Both the position numbers and the translations under genes were made by a program. A stretch of DNA of 64,000 nucleotides from Lysobacterales bacterium (GTDB lineage Bacteria; Pseudomonadota; Gammaproteobacteria; Xanthomonadales; SZUA-5), in NCBI GenBank assembly GCA_022844165.1, contig JALHMH010000024.1, positions 11,157-75,156 of the forward strand, given 5' to 3'. Of this stretch, positions 10,331 to 27,044 are shown piece by piece; the first letter of the stretch is position 1, and every line of letters begins with the position of its first letter. The notes beneath the pieces are model-generated. The model ran no database searches and was not told the origin of the DNA. It was given only the letters and a program-made list of their open reading frames with translations.

Positions 10331-10836
10331 GTCGAGAATTTCTTGAGCACCTTAGTCAGCCGTTGCAATAGGTCTCGACGGTTTTGCAAGACCGCCTCGT
10401 GGATCGCGCTCAGTCGTTCGTCGTCTTGCCAAGCTATGTGTGTGCTTTGCTCTTGCATGGCAACGCGAATTTGCGCCAGAAACGTGTCAACTTCATCGGC
10501 GCTCGCCAGATGCAGATGCACCGCACGCGTACGCAAAGGATCAAACCCGAGGCCGCTGCCGCGTTTAGGATCCAATAGCCACGCTTTGAGCGCGGCGTGT
10601 CCCGCTGCATTGAGCGAGTAGCCAATATGCGCGCGCCGACCGCGCGCACCCATATCGGCGGCCAGTAAGCCGCGTTCGGTCAATCGCCGGAGCATTGGAT
10701 AGACAGCGCCGGCCGAACCAGACCAAAACTCCGAAGGCGAGTCGGCGAATGCTCGTGAGATCGCGTAACTGGTCGCAACGCCTCGTCGCGCCACTTCAGC
10801 CAATGCTGCGCCTTCAAGATCGGTGAGCTCTGCCAA
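10327..10836 (-). CDS. PadR family transcriptional regulator
   Basis: T.YAI...F, FWSGSAGAVYPMLRRL.ERGL, YSL...G..AL..WL; probable TTG start at 10836 after AAGGAA. Confidence 0.85.
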   Translation of the reverse strand: MAELTDLEGAALAEVARRGVATSYAISRAFADSPSEFWSGSAGAVYPMLRRLTERGLLAADMGARGRRAHIGYSLNAAGHAALKAWLLDPKRGSGLGFDPLRTRAVHLHLASADEVDTFLAQIRVAMQEQSTHIAWQDDERLSAIHEAVLQNRRDLLQRLTKVLKKFST

Positions 10837-10948
10837 GTCCAATTCCTTAGGTTCTGTAGCGCCGCAATCTTGCCCAAATTGGTTGCATTGTTCAAAAAAA
10901 CAGGTCGCCGTGACTTCCGTCACGTTCATGCCGCCTGTGTCGTCCATA

Positions 10949-10965
10949 TAGTACTAATCGTACTA
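10949..10965. promoter_or_regulatory. candidate PadR operator TAGTAC-N5-GTACTA
   Basis: perfect 6-5-6 AT-rich inverted repeat in the divergent padR/protease intergenic region. Confidence 0.55.
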
Positions 10966-10981
10966 ATTATGGAGTTCAGAA

Positions 10982-11911
10982 ATGAATCGTTGTGCCCCAA
11001 TCCCGGCCATCGTCGCGCTTTGCCTGGCGGTTTCTTCCAGCCACATCCAAGCCCGAACTGACGGCCATGAAACGCACGGCTCTGTTAGTCAGGCGAGTCC
11101 AATCGACATAGAGATGAATATCGATGCGCGGCCCAGCATTGCGGGAAAATTCGGAGGTGTCGATGTCCAGGTCACCTATGACACGGGATCGCAGGGCGGC
11201 ATGATTGACCGTCGGCTCGTAGAGAAATTTCAGTTGGAGATCATCGGCGAAGCCCTGGTTGGCAGCCCGGCCGGTGGCGAGCCCAAGCCAATCCAGTTGG
11301 TTTCGATCTCCGGTCTTGAAATTGCGGGTCAGCCAATTCCCGCCGTAGGGCGAGGGACCGATGCAATCGTGGCTGAAGAAGGAATGATGCCGCCCGGGGT
11401 GGAACTGATTATCGGTAACAATCAGTTCCCGGATCGCCAGATCACATTGGACTTTGCGAAACGGCGTTTCGTCGTGACCGCCGCGCCAGAAACGGAGTCG
11501 GCCGACGTGGCGATTGAAGGTCGGCTGGACGTGCGCGGACTGCCGGTCGCGGAATTGGAGCTTTCAGGCCAGACACTGCCGGTCCACATCGATACCGGTA
11601 ACCCAGGCGGAATCGACTTCGGTGGCGATGTACACAAGCAGATCAAGTTCGAGAGCGAGTTGCGCGCAGGTAAAGAAATTCGCCTGGTCGACAAGGTCAT
11701 GAGCACCGAGGTTGGTTACCTCAATAGCGACGCTACGCTTCAGGGTCGAGCCATTCGCCTCCAGGGCAACTTTCGCTTTACCAGCCTGCCTTTCGCGAAT
11801 GTCGGCGCCAGCGCGATGGCAGGGACACGACTGGTGATCGATATGAAGCGTCGCTCCTGGCAGCTTCAGACACCCGCAGAACCTTGGCTGGTGATCGGCA
11901 AAGCGTCCTGA
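10982..11911 (+). CDS. secreted tandem retropepsin-like aspartyl protease
   Basis: signal peptide; two DTG motifs (YDTGS, IDTGN), each followed downstream by a hydrophobic-G motif (LIIG, NVG) and a LDF/ID strand. Confidence 0.78.
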   Translation: MNRCAPIPAIVALCLAVSSSHIQARTDGHETHGSVSQASPIDIEMNIDARPSIAGKFGGVDVQVTYDTGSQGGMIDRRLVEKFQLEIIGEALVGSPAGGEPKPIQLVSISGLEIAGQPIPAVGRGTDAIVAEEGMMPPGVELIIGNNQFPDRQITLDFAKRRFVVTAAPETESADVAIEGRLDVRGLPVAELELSGQTLPVHIDTGNPGGIDFGGDVHKQIKFESELRAGKEIRLVDKVMSTEVGYLNSDATLQGRAIRLQGNFRFTSLPFANVGASAMAGTRLVIDMKRRSWQLQTPAEPWLVIGKAS

Positions 11912-11944
11912 CGGCCCGCGGATACGCCGTCTGTCGAACACCAG

Positions 11945-12604
11945 CTATTCGGAGCCCGCAGCCGCCAACGCAGGTGCTGCGGCTCCCTTGAGTTCAGTGG
12001 CGTAACGCTTCTGCAATACGCCCACTCGTTGTACGTAAACCTGGGTTTCAGCGTAGGGCGGAATGCCGCCGAAGCGCAGCACCGCGTTTTCGCCAGCGTT
12101 GTAGCCGGCGGCAGCCAGTTCGAAGTCGCCATCGAACATATCGAGCAACATGCGCAGATGTTTGACGCCTGCAGCAATGTTCTGGTCGGGATCAAACGCA
12201 TTGGTCACGCCATACATTCCGGCAGTGCCTGGCATCAACTGCATCAGTCCCTGAGCGCCAACCGGCGAAAGCGCCTCGTGTCGATAGGCGCTTTCGGCGT
12301 GGATGATGGCGCGCACCATCGATTCGTCGACGTTGTTTAGGTTGCTTGCGGCGGAGATTTGGCCACTGTATGCCGTGAGATTCAGCCCCGTTGCATTCCA
12401 GTCGACCTTCGAGTCGACTTTGCAGGCCGGACACGAGTAAGTGCCAATCACACGCGCTGCGACGCCGCGCGGTTTGATGTTCGTGTACACCGTGATGCCG
12501 TTGCGGTCAGTGTACTTGTAGATGTTGGCGGAATGCGCCATTCCACTGAGGAGAAGGGCGGCAACCAAGCTCAGTTTGATAATCATGGGTAGCGAATTTG
12601 GCAT
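11945..12604 (-). CDS. SLT-domain lytic transglycosylase with DUF4124-like N-terminus
   Basis: IYKYTDRNG..VYTN, AIIHAES, GAQGLMQLMP, AGYNAG, PPYAETQ.YV; start uncertain (12586-12628). Confidence 0.92.
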   Translation of the reverse strand: MPNSLPMIIKLSLVAALLLSGMAHSANIYKYTDRNGITVYTNIKPRGVAARVIGTYSCPACKVDSKVDWNATGLNLTAYSGQISAASNLNNVDESMVRAIIHAESAYRHEALSPVGAQGLMQLMPGTAGMYGVTNAFDPDQNIAAGVKHLRMLLDMFDGDFELAAAGYNAGENAVLRFGGIPPYAETQVYVQRVGVLQKRYATELKGAAAPALAAAGSE

Positions 12605-12740
12605 CGGCGATATCACCTGGGACCTCAACTCTTGGCGCTAAGTTTCTGAGAAATGACGGCAAATGGCAATTCGCGGGCAGAAAATAATCGCGATCGGAGT
12701 CAACAATTGAGGATGGCGTGGCTATAGTCCGGCGTCTGAA

Positions 12741-12782
12741 GCGCTGGTAACGGTCGGTCCAGCGGAGCCGTTGGCGGTCGTG
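12741..12782 (+). promoter_or_regulatory. possible degenerate JUMPStart/ops element
   Basis: GCGCTGGTAACGG...CCGTTGGCGGTCGTG loosely resembles CTGGTAGC...GGCGGTAGCGTG; lies upstream of ugd in a cluster that ends with rfaH. Confidence 0.3.
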
Positions 12783-12861
12783 ACGTTGACGGGGAGTTGC
12801 ACGGTTTGCACCTGGCCGTAGGCAGACGCCGTCGAATCCTTACTCTTAAGAAAGCTCATCC

Positions 12862-14208
12862 ATGCGCGTTTCCATTTTTGGCACCGGCTATGTCGGTCTG
12901 GTTACCGGAGCATGTCTTGCCGAAGTCGGCAAACATGTGGTCTGTGTCGATGTCGATCGTGACAAGATCGATCGGTTGAATGCGGGCGAGATACCGATTT
13001 ATGAGCCTGGCCTTCATGACATCGTTGCGCGCAATCGCGACGCGGGTACATTGAAGTTCACGACGGACGCGGCAGAGGCCATCGGTCACGGGGAGATCAT
13101 TTTTATCGCCGTCGGCACGCCGCCCGACGAAGATGGCAGCGCCGACCTGCGATATGTACTCGCGGTCGCGGCCGAGATCGGCAAGCATCTGTCGCGATAT
13201 GCCGTTGTTGTGAACAAGTCGACCGTCCCGGTGGGCACTGCCGATCGCGTTCGCGCGGCGATTGAGCGCGAACTCGGCTCGCGCGCTGTCAACGTGGCAT
13301 TCGATGTGGTCTCGAACCCTGAATTCCTGAAAGAGGGCGATGCGGTCAAGGATTGTATGAAGCCAGATCGCATCGTGATCGGCACCACCAGCGCCGAAGC
13401 TGTAGCCTTGTTGAAGCGCTTGTATGCGCCATTCAATCGCGATCACGAGCGCATCGTTGTGATGGATCCGCGTTCTGCGGAACTGACCAAGTACGCGGCC
13501 AATGCGATGCTGGCGACCAAGATCAGTTTCATGAATGAAGTGGCCAATATTGCCGAACGCGTTGGTGCGGACGTCGAATCGGTGCGGCTGGGTATCGGCT
13601 CCGATCCGCGCATCGGTTATGCGTTCATTTATCCCGGCATCGGCTACGGCGGTTCGTGTTTCCCAAAAGACGTCCAGGCGCTCGGAAGAACAGCCGCCGC
13701 GGTGGGTTATCAGACGCGCATTCTGGATGCCGTGGAGGCAGTCAACCAGGAGCAGAAGCACAAGCTATTCACACTGATGCAAAAGCACTTCGGCGATCTT
13801 GCGGGCAAGACGATTGCGGTCTGGGGCCTGTCGTTCAAGCCAAACACCGACGACATGCGCGAGGCGCCGTCTCGACATTTATTGAACGCACTTTGGCAGG
13901 CCGGTGCCAAGGTGCGGGCGTTCGATCCAGAGGCGCGTCACGAGGCCGAGAGAATATTCGGCGCTCGCGCTGACCTGTGCCTCGTCGATGAGCCAATGGA
14001 CGCCGTGGATAGCGCCCATGCATTGGCGATCGTGACCGAGTGGAAGGCGTTTTGGAGTCCGGACTTCGCTGCACTGGCGACAATGCTCAAGGACAAGGCG
14101 ATCTTCGACGGGCGCAACATTTTCGACCCCAAGGCGGTGGAGGCCGCAGGACTCGCCTACTATGGTATCGGGCGGGGGCGTTCGGTGACGCGGCCGGAGG
14201 TGATTTGA
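12862..14208 (+). CDS. ugd: UDP-glucose 6-dehydrogenase
   Basis: [45 protein letters not shown]. Confidence 0.96.
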   Translation: MRVSIFGTGYVGLVTGACLAEVGKHVVCVDVDRDKIDRLNAGEIPIYEPGLHDIVARNRDAGTLKFTTDAAEAIGHGEIIFIAVGTPPDEDGSADLRYVLAVAAEIGKHLSRYAVVVNKSTVPVGTADRVRAAIERELGSRAVNVAFDVVSNPEFLKEGDAVKDCMKPDRIVIGTTSAEAVALLKRLYAPFNRDHERIVVMDPRSAELTKYAANAMLATKISFMNEVANIAERVGADVESVRLGIGSDPRIGYAFIYPGIGYGGSCFPKDVQALGRTAAAVGYQTRILDAVEAVNQEQKHKLFTLMQKHFGDLAGKTIAVWGLSFKPNTDDMREAPSRHLLNALWQAGAKVRAFDPEARHEAERIFGARADLCLVDEPMDAVDSAHALAIVTEWKAFWSPDFAALATMLKDKAIFDGRNIFDPKAVEAAGLAYYGIGRGRSVTRPEVI

Positions 14209-15158
14209 TGCGTGGCGATCGGAAACGAATCTTGGTGACCGGAGGCGCGGGATTCGTCGGCTCGCACCTGTGCGATCGGTTGATCGACCAAGGCCATGAA
14301 GTGCTGTGCGTCGACAATTATTTTACCGGCAGCAAGAACAATGTCGAACACTTGCTCGGCCACCCGCGCTTCGAGTTGTTGCGACATGACGTGACCTTTC
14401 CGTTGTATGTCGAAGTCGACGAAATCTATAACCTCGCATGTCCTGCATCGCCTATTCATTACCAGCGAGATCCGGTACAGACGATCAAGACCAGCGTGCA
14501 TGGTGCAATCAACATGCTCGGACTGGCCAAGCGTCTGCGAGCCAAAATTTTGCAGGCCTCGACCAGTGAAGTGTACGGCGACCCGCAAGTTCATCCGCAG
14601 CCCGAGAACTACTGGGGGCACGTCAATCCGATCGGTATTCGCTCGTGTTACGACGAAGGCAAGCGCTGCGCGGAAACGCTGTTCTTCGACTATCACCGCC
14701 AGCATCGCCTCAGCATAAAAGTCGCGCGCATTTTCAACACCTATGGTCCGCGCATGCACCCGGCCGATGGTCGCGTTGTTTCCAACTTCATCGTGCAGGC
14801 ACTTTCAGGGGAGGCGATCACAGTTTACGGCGATGGTTCCCAGACCAGGTCTTTTTGCTTCGTCGATGATCTGGTGGACGGCTTGATTCGCCTGATGAAT
14901 TCGGACGATACGATCACTGGCCCGATCAATCTGGGCAATCCGGGTGAGTTCACGATCCGGCAGTTGGCCGAAAAAGTGCTGGCGCTGACTGAATCTCAAT
15001 CGCAGATCGAACAAAAGGCCCTGCCTTCCGACGATCCGATGCAGCGCCAGCCGGTGATCGATCAAGCGCGACAAGTGCTTGGTTGGGAACCAAAAATTGC
15101 GCTTGATCTCGGGTTGCCACCGACCATTGCGTATTTTCGCAAGCTGCTGGGCGCCTGA
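14208..15158 (+). CDS. uxs: UDP-glucuronate decarboxylase (UDP-xylose synthase)
   Basis: [52 protein letters not shown]; TGATG coupling to ugd. Confidence 0.93.
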   Translation: MRGDRKRILVTGGAGFVGSHLCDRLIDQGHEVLCVDNYFTGSKNNVEHLLGHPRFELLRHDVTFPLYVEVDEIYNLACPASPIHYQRDPVQTIKTSVHGAINMLGLAKRLRAKILQASTSEVYGDPQVHPQPENYWGHVNPIGIRSCYDEGKRCAETLFFDYHRQHRLSIKVARIFNTYGPRMHPADGRVVSNFIVQALSGEAITVYGDGSQTRSFCFVDDLVDGLIRLMNSDDTITGPINLGNPGEFTIRQLAEKVLALTESQSQIEQKALPSDDPMQRQPVIDQARQVLGWEPKIALDLGLPPTIAYFRKLLGA

Positions 15159-15379
15159 ACCGGAATTCAGACAATGCGCCGGTTGCACGTTGCGCGGCGC
15201 AAGTCAAGATTGTTCAATGGGTGGCACTTCTCGTACACTGCGCGGCCCGCAGTATTGCAACGACAGCGGGACGACAGCGCGAACCTTAGCCCTGACTGCG
15301 GCTGTGGCCGTGCCGTTGGCGCCTTGACTCCCAGGATTCAAGGTTCGCATTCGCCAGACTTTCAGGAAGGACAGCGATC

Positions 15380-15886
15380 GTGAAGTGGTACGTCGTCAAT
15401 ACCCGCCCCCGCGAAGAAGCCCGTGCCGTCGAACATCTGACGCGAGAAGGCTATCAGTGTTTGTACCCACGTATCCGTCGCACGTTGCGGACCACCAAGG
15501 GTTTGGTCGATCGCGTCGACTCGCTGTTTCCCAACTATCTGTTCTTGCATGCCAATCCGATGACGGACAATTTGGCGCGCGTGCGGTCGACGCGAGGCGT
15601 GCGAAACCTGGTGCGTTTTGGCCTTGAGCCTGCCGAGGTGCCGCCGGAGGTGATTGATGAGCTGCAGGTTCGTGCCGACAAACAAAGCGGCGTCATTAAA
15701 CTGACGGGCCAGACGCGGCAAGAAGTGGCTGCCAAGTTCTCGGAAGGTGCGTTCGTCGATTTTGGTGGCGTCTTTTTGACGTCGGACGGATCCGAGCGAG
15801 TGATCCTGTTGATGCGCGTCTTAGGCGACTACAACAAAGTCAATTTGCCCGAAGAGCAGCTTGACGGACGCCAGGTCGCGGCTTAA
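15380..15886 (+). CDS. rfaH: transcription antitermination factor RfaH (NusG paralog)
   Basis: WYVVNTRPREE.RA..HL, LFPNYLF, STRGV..LVRFG, C-terminal EGAF...G.ER..LL KOW-like domain; RBS AGGAAGG. Confidence 0.87.
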   Translation: MKWYVVNTRPREEARAVEHLTREGYQCLYPRIRRTLRTTKGLVDRVDSLFPNYLFLHANPMTDNLARVRSTRGVRNLVRFGLEPAEVPPEVIDELQVRADKQSGVIKLTGQTRQEVAAKFSEGAFVDFGGVFLTSDGSERVILLMRVLGDYNKVNLPEEQLDGRQVAA

Positions 15887-15907
15887 CGCTAGCAGAGGGC
15901 TGCGCCG

Positions 15908-16558
15908 GTGGGACTATCGCTGCGCGATCAGTTGTTGCAGGCAGGGTTTCAGGAAAAGAAGCCGGAACCCAAGCCGCCAGCATCCAAAGATCGGCATGGC
16001 GAAAAGCCTACGCCGCCATCGGCCAAGGGCAAAGATCGCGATCAGCGGCACAGGGCGCAGCATTCGAAACCTGCGCCCTCCAGGCCGGTCCAGAATCCGG
16101 CGCCGCCAAAGCCGGTCGACCCGGCAAGTGTTTCGTTGGCGCATGCTTACCATCTTCGCGCCGAAACTGAAAAACGCGAACGCGAAGAAGCGCAGCGGCG
16201 CGCCGAAGAGGCCGCGCGCATCAAACGCGAGCAACGCCTGAAGCTGCAGCAGTTGGTGGCCGGCAAAGCACTCAACGACAAAGACGCCGAACACGTCCGC
16301 AACTTCAGCTACGGCAAAAAGATCCGCAAGGTCAACGTCACGCCGCAGCAGCTCAGTGCGATTAACGGCGGTGACATGGGTGTCGTCCAGGTCGAAGGTC
16401 GCTTTTTGATCCTGGCGGCAGAGCACGTCCGGGCGGTCATGGCCATCGCGCCGCACCACGTCGCCGTGTTTATTCCCGACAGCATCGGCGTTTCGAGCAG
16501 TAGCGAAGACGACTACAACGACCCGCGTTTTCAGGTGCCCGACGATTTAGTCTGGTGA
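15908..16558 (+). CDS. DUF2058 (YaiL-like) family protein
   Basis: SLRDQLLQAG N-terminus and FQVPDDLVW C-terminus. Confidence 0.85.
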   Translation: MGLSLRDQLLQAGFQEKKPEPKPPASKDRHGEKPTPPSAKGKDRDQRHRAQHSKPAPSRPVQNPAPPKPVDPASVSLAHAYHLRAETEKREREEAQRRAEEAARIKREQRLKLQQLVAGKALNDKDAEHVRNFSYGKKIRKVNVTPQQLSAINGGDMGVVQVEGRFLILAAEHVRAVMAIAPHHVAVFIPDSIGVSSSSEDDYNDPRFQVPDDLVW

Positions 16559-16621
16559 CTTGCTGCAGATCGAGTTCCTAGAGCCGATAATCCGGACGTC
16601 GACTGACTTTACCGAGTCCGA

Positions 16622-22687
<6,066 letters not shown>

Positions 22688-22889
22688 CCCATCCTCGCGT
22701 GTCGCAAAACCGGCCCGACTACAACACAGCTTGTTGCGACGCGTCAAACGAGTATTTGGCGGTATAGACGTCCGGGCAGAGCGATTCGGCCGTGATTTCC
22801 CGTCGGGCTTCGTCTGCCTGGCGTTTCGGGTCGGGTTCGGATGGAGTTAGGTAAATCGGGTTTTTCGGCAACGATCATGAAACGATCCG

Positions 22890-23000
22890 AACGACCGGCG
22901 GCTGTGCCGCCGGGCCGGACATGCGGAGTGCGGGGTTTTGGCAAGTACGGTGTCTGGCGAAGCCAACAATGCTCGGCGGTCTGAGGCGAAGCCTCGCCAG
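22890..23000. repeat. partial copy of MITE-like family A
   Basis: near-identical to 6794-6910 (ACGACCGGCGGCTGTGCCGC...TTTTGGCAAGTACGGTGTCTGGCGAAGCC...GAGGCGAAGCCTCGC). Confidence 0.85.
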
Positions 23001-23002
23001 GG

Positions 23003-25159
23003 CTATCCCAGTGTCTGAGCGATCAATCTGGCCAGTTCGCCGAGCTGAATCGGCTTGCCTACGAAGCGGCTCATTCCAGCTTCGATGCACGCCTCCTGGT
23101 CCTCGAGCTGCGTACTTGCGGTCATCGCAAAGATTGGCGTGTGCTGATTCGGTGTAGGCTGCCGGCGCAAACGTCGCGCGGTTTCGAGCCCGTCCAGCGT
23201 GGCCATGTGGCGATCGAGCAGGATCACGTCGAAGGGCTGCAGGTTCGCCTTCTCCAAAGCCTGCACGCCGTCGCAGGCTTCGGTCACAACTGCGCCCAGC
23301 CTCGACAATGCACTGACGACCAACAAACGGATCGACTCATCATCGTCGACGATGAGTATCTGCCTGCCGCGCAGTACAGCCAGATCCGGCGCGCCCAGTT
23401 GCCCGGCGGCGATGCCGGTCGGCTCATCGGAGACGCCACGCACGAGCAACTTAAATACGGTTCCGCCCCCCTCACGTTGGCTTGCTGTCAGATCTCCGCC
23501 AAGCGCGCGTGCCAGGCGTCGACTGATCGCAAGACCGAGCCCGGTACCCGACTGGCGTTGCGAGATTTCAGTCCTGAGCTGGCGAAACGCATCGAAGATG
23601 AGTTCCAGTTTTTCCTCCGGAACGCCACAACCCCGATCGGATACGATGACTTCCGCTGACTCCCCAGCACGCCGCAGCGCAACTTCTATCGTTCCGCGGT
23701 CGGAGAACTTCACTGCGTTGCTGAGCAGGTTCACCAGGATCTGCCGAATGCGAACGGGATCGCTATTGGCAGCCAACGGGGTGCCGAGATCCGCGACGAT
23801 TAAAAGACCCTTGGCCTCCGCTCTAGGCCGCATCAGCGAAATAGCCTCGTGCGCAAGTGTGTCGAGGCGAACGTACGATCTGTGCAAGACCAGCTGATCG
23901 GCTTCGATTCGCGACAGGTCTAGTACATCGTCCAGTAGTTGCATCAAATGTTCGTTCGCGGTCTTTGCCATGTACAAAAAGCGATCGCGCTCGGCGTCGG
24001 TCGAGGCCGTCGACGCCAGTTCCAGCGATCCGGTCAGGCCGGCCAGCGGTGTGCGAATTTCGTGACTCATCGTCGCCAGGAACATCGACTTGAGTTTGCT
24101 CGCAGCCAACGCTGCATCGGCTTCGCTGCGCGCGCTCATATTGCGTTGCAGCTGCTGGATCAGCTCATTGAAGTCGTCGGCGACCAACCGAATCTCCGAG
24201 AGCGCACCGGACACACGAACGGGCGTGCGGTTGTCGCTGTGCATTCGCTGTTGCAACTGATCCTGGAGATCGACCAATGGTCGGATGATTCGGCGTCGCA
24301 CGATGAGCACGCCAATCGATACGAGAAGCGCTGTTCCCAGCGCATTCAGACCATGCAACTTGCCGCCGAATTCGCGCAGCTCGCTGGACAGGCTGCTTTG
24401 GCGTTCGATATGCAAGTGCCCAAGCGCCTCGCCGCTGGCGCGCCAGGCCGCAAAGCTGTTCGGGTGCGCGGCGTCGGGTTCCCCAAGTTCGACCGCCGCA
24501 GTCCCGGCGAAGCTTCCGCCGTCCAAACTCACTCGGCCGCCCATCAGTGTTGCATAGTAGTCGCCCAATGAACTCGATACCGCGCGGGCAAAAACGACGC
24601 TGCCCCGGGAGGGACCGCTCGCATCGTTGCGCAGGATGGGCGTTAACCCTAACAGGTAGAGTTCGCCTGCGAGATAAACGATCAGCGACGACGGTTCGGT
24701 TGGCATCTGGTTGATCCGTTCCGTGACCAGCGGCCAGAGAGCGGCCATCAGCTCCGCCGGTAACGGCTGATCATCGGTCAAGCGGGCGGATGCGAGGGTC
24801 TTGCCGTGGATGTCCCAGAACACGTAAAACGCAATGTCCGCCGGATTTGCGCCAGTGGGCAATACGTGTTCGTCGACATAGTCTGGGTCGCGGCTCAGCG
24901 CAAAGGCGTAGGTTTCATCCCAAATGCCGTACTCGTAAGCAATGAAGCGCATCGCGTCCAAATCGCGCTGGAGCAGGGCAGCATATTTGGCGCGGTACTG
25001 TTCGCGTTCCGCGACCGCCACTTGCGCTTGAACCCAGTGGCTTTCGATTCGATCGACAAGCATCTGCCACATCACGCAGAACAGCGTGACGAGGAGCATG
25101 ACCTTGACGAAATACAAGGTGGTCGAAGTTTGCTGTTTCGAAGAACCTGAGGTATCCAT
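23003..25159 (-). CDS. hybrid sensor histidine kinase/response regulator with CHASE4 and HAMP domains
   Basis: WDETY CHASE4-type motif, FLATMSHEIRTPL, NLLSNAVKF, GTGLGLAIS, receiver domain ILIVDD...LLD..M...KP. Confidence 0.9.
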   Translation of the reverse strand: MDTSGSSKQQTSTTLYFVKVMLLVTLFCVMWQMLVDRIESHWVQAQVAVAEREQYRAKYAALLQRDLDAMRFIAYEYGIWDETYAFALSRDPDYVDEHVLPTGANPADIAFYVFWDIHGKTLASARLTDDQPLPAELMAALWPLVTERINQMPTEPSSLIVYLAGELYLLGLTPILRNDASGPSRGSVVFARAVSSSLGDYYATLMGGRVSLDGGSFAGTAAVELGEPDAAHPNSFAAWRASGEALGHLHIERQSSLSSELREFGGKLHGLNALGTALLVSIGVLIVRRRIIRPLVDLQDQLQQRMHSDNRTPVRVSGALSEIRLVADDFNELIQQLQRNMSARSEADAALAASKLKSMFLATMSHEIRTPLAGLTGSLELASTASTDAERDRFLYMAKTANEHLMQLLDDVLDLSRIEADQLVLHRSYVRLDTLAHEAISLMRPRAEAKGLLIVADLGTPLAANSDPVRIRQILVNLLSNAVKFSDRGTIEVALRRAGESAEVIVSDRGCGVPEEKLELIFDAFRQLRTEISQRQSGTGLGLAISRRLARALGGDLTASQREGGGTVFKLLVRGVSDEPTGIAAGQLGAPDLAVLRGRQILIVDDDESIRLLVVSALSRLGAVVTEACDGVQALEKANLQPFDVILLDRHMATLDGLETARRLRRQPTPNQHTPIFAMTASTQLEDQEACIEAGMSRFVGKPIQLGELARLIAQTLG

Positions 25160-25339
25160 CGCCCGGATCGCCAGCCATTGACGGCGAAAGATAGGGAATT
25201 TGCTGGAAGGTAGCTGATCCTTGGCGCAAGAAATCACAACTGGCGAGGCTTCGCCTCCGACCGGGCATTGTTCCGGACTTGCCACAACCCCGCGCTTCGC
25301 CTTTGATCCTGAGTCTCGCCGCGATGGACAAGCGGTGGC

Positions 25340-26719
25340 TCATTCGAATCCGCTGGCGAAGAGCGCATCAGCGTTGCCGCGCTCAAAGGCGCCGATGTCG
25401 AGTGGGCCACTGACGGGCCGCAAGATCGGCGCGAGAACACTTGGGCGCGAAGGGTGCTGCATAGGCACGGCCAGCGGATTGACGAAATCGGTCGGCGGCG
25501 CGGTGCTGGATGTTGCCGAATCGAGCAGGGGACTGCTGGCATTGGGCACAAGGTTCAGCGAGCCCAGATCGCCAAATCCAGGATCGGCACCGAACAGTGT
25601 GTTGGTGAGCGCGGCCGGCACGAAGGTCGCGCCCGTTTTGATCCAGTTGTGGCTACCGGCGATTTGCACGCCGTTGACCCAGTTCGTCGGCGTTTCCTCG
25701 CGCCATACACGCAACGTACCATTGCCTTCACGCCACAGCACATTGTTGTGCAAGTGCAGTGACAAGATGCCGAAGTGGGTGCGGAACATCGACAAGGTGG
25801 TCGCACTGCCGCGGCCGACAATCGTGTTGTTGACGAAACGATAGCGCCCCAGCGTATCGCCGGTGCCACTGGTGCCATCACCACCGACGCGAATGACGAA
25901 CGGCGTTGCGGAGGTATGCACGATGACATTGCCGACTACATCTGAATCTTCGCGCACCAGACTCTGTGTCCAGCTACTCGCAACGCCATCTGGATCTGGG
26001 CCGATCAACTCCAGTTCATGCTGAAATGCATCCTCCAGCCAGTTGTAATAGATCTCGTTGCGCTCCGCCCGGCTCTTGATCAGATTGCCGCCATTAACGT
26101 TGTCGTCGAAGCGGCTGTCGTGTACGTGGCTGTATTGCAGGCGAAACACCGAGCCTGGATAGACCACTTGATCGGTCGACATGTAAATCGCGTGGTTAAA
26201 GTCGCGCGAACCCGCGTTGCGGATTTCCGAAAACTCGATGGTCAGCGAACCTGAATCGGTATCGGCACCCAAAACGCCATTGCGCGGGCAGTCGCGCACG
26301 AGTACATCGCGAATCACCACGTCGTGCGAATGGTGGTAGATGCAGCGAAAAGTTCCCGTCTGGGTATCGCCGGTGCCCGTCACCTCGAAGCCCTCGAACA
26401 CCACATGATTGGCGAGGCGAAATTCGATGGTATTGGTACCGCCGCGCAACACCGGTCGCCGCCCTTGCGCGTCTCGGACGCCGCGGATGGTCAATCGGTT
26501 TCCCGGTGCGCCGCCATCGTTCGAGCGCAGGATGATGTTGCCGCCATTGTATTCGGCATAGTCAACCAGCACCAGGTCGCCACCATTGAGGTCAATTGCG
26601 GCGTCGTCGAATAGCTGGTTCAACGTCGTATGCGGGCGTCCAGGTCCGACGAGAAAGGTTGCTGCTGGTAGGTCGGCGGCGAAGGCGAGAGCAAGAGCAA
26701 GAGCAACGCACAAACGCAT
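25340..26719 (-). CDS. secreted right-handed parallel beta-helix protein with DIGAFE and C-terminal D.LF.SGFE motif
   Basis: signal peptide, pectin-lyase-like repeats (GNVI, NNTI, NNVL), SPLLD...DIGAFE. Confidence 0.75.
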   Translation of the reverse strand: MRLCVALALALAFAADLPAATFLVGPGRPHTTLNQLFDDAAIDLNGGDLVLVDYAEYNGGNIILRSNDGGAPGNRLTIRGVRDAQGRRPVLRGGTNTIEFRLANHVVFEGFEVTGTGDTQTGTFRCIYHHSHDVVIRDVLVRDCPRNGVLGADTDSGSLTIEFSEIRNAGSRDFNHAIYMSTDQVVYPGSVFRLQYSHVHDSRFDDNVNGGNLIKSRAERNEIYYNWLEDAFQHELELIGPDPDGVASSWTQSLVREDSDVVGNVIVHTSATPFVIRVGGDGTSGTGDTLGRYRFVNNTIVGRGSATTLSMFRTHFGILSLHLHNNVLWREGNGTLRVWREETPTNWVNGVQIAGSHNWIKTGATFVPAALTNTLFGADPGFGDLGSLNLVPNASSPLLDSATSSTAPPTDFVNPLAVPMQHPSRPSVLAPILRPVSGPLDIGAFERGNADALFASGFE

Positions 26720-27044
26720 CGACGTCCCCTGTTTTGTCGTGGATGCCAGACAGAATGCTCTGCGCGGCCAGTGGCCAACGAATGTCGATTGTGTCGCAAA
26801 AATGCCAGTGAGGCGAAGCCTCGCAGTGCGTTGAACATCGTACGGTCATAGGGGTCACACAGTGCCGGTGTTTGAACGCGCCGGCTGTTGACCGAACACT
26901 ATTTTTTGCTTCAGATGAAACTAAGCGATTGATTTGAAGGGCTGGAATTCGCCACGCTGCATTCTCGTACCGAGACTGCGAATTTGCAAATGTGGATCAG
27001 ACGCGCCCTTGAGCGCGTGCGGCATCGCAGCACGCGCCACGATC

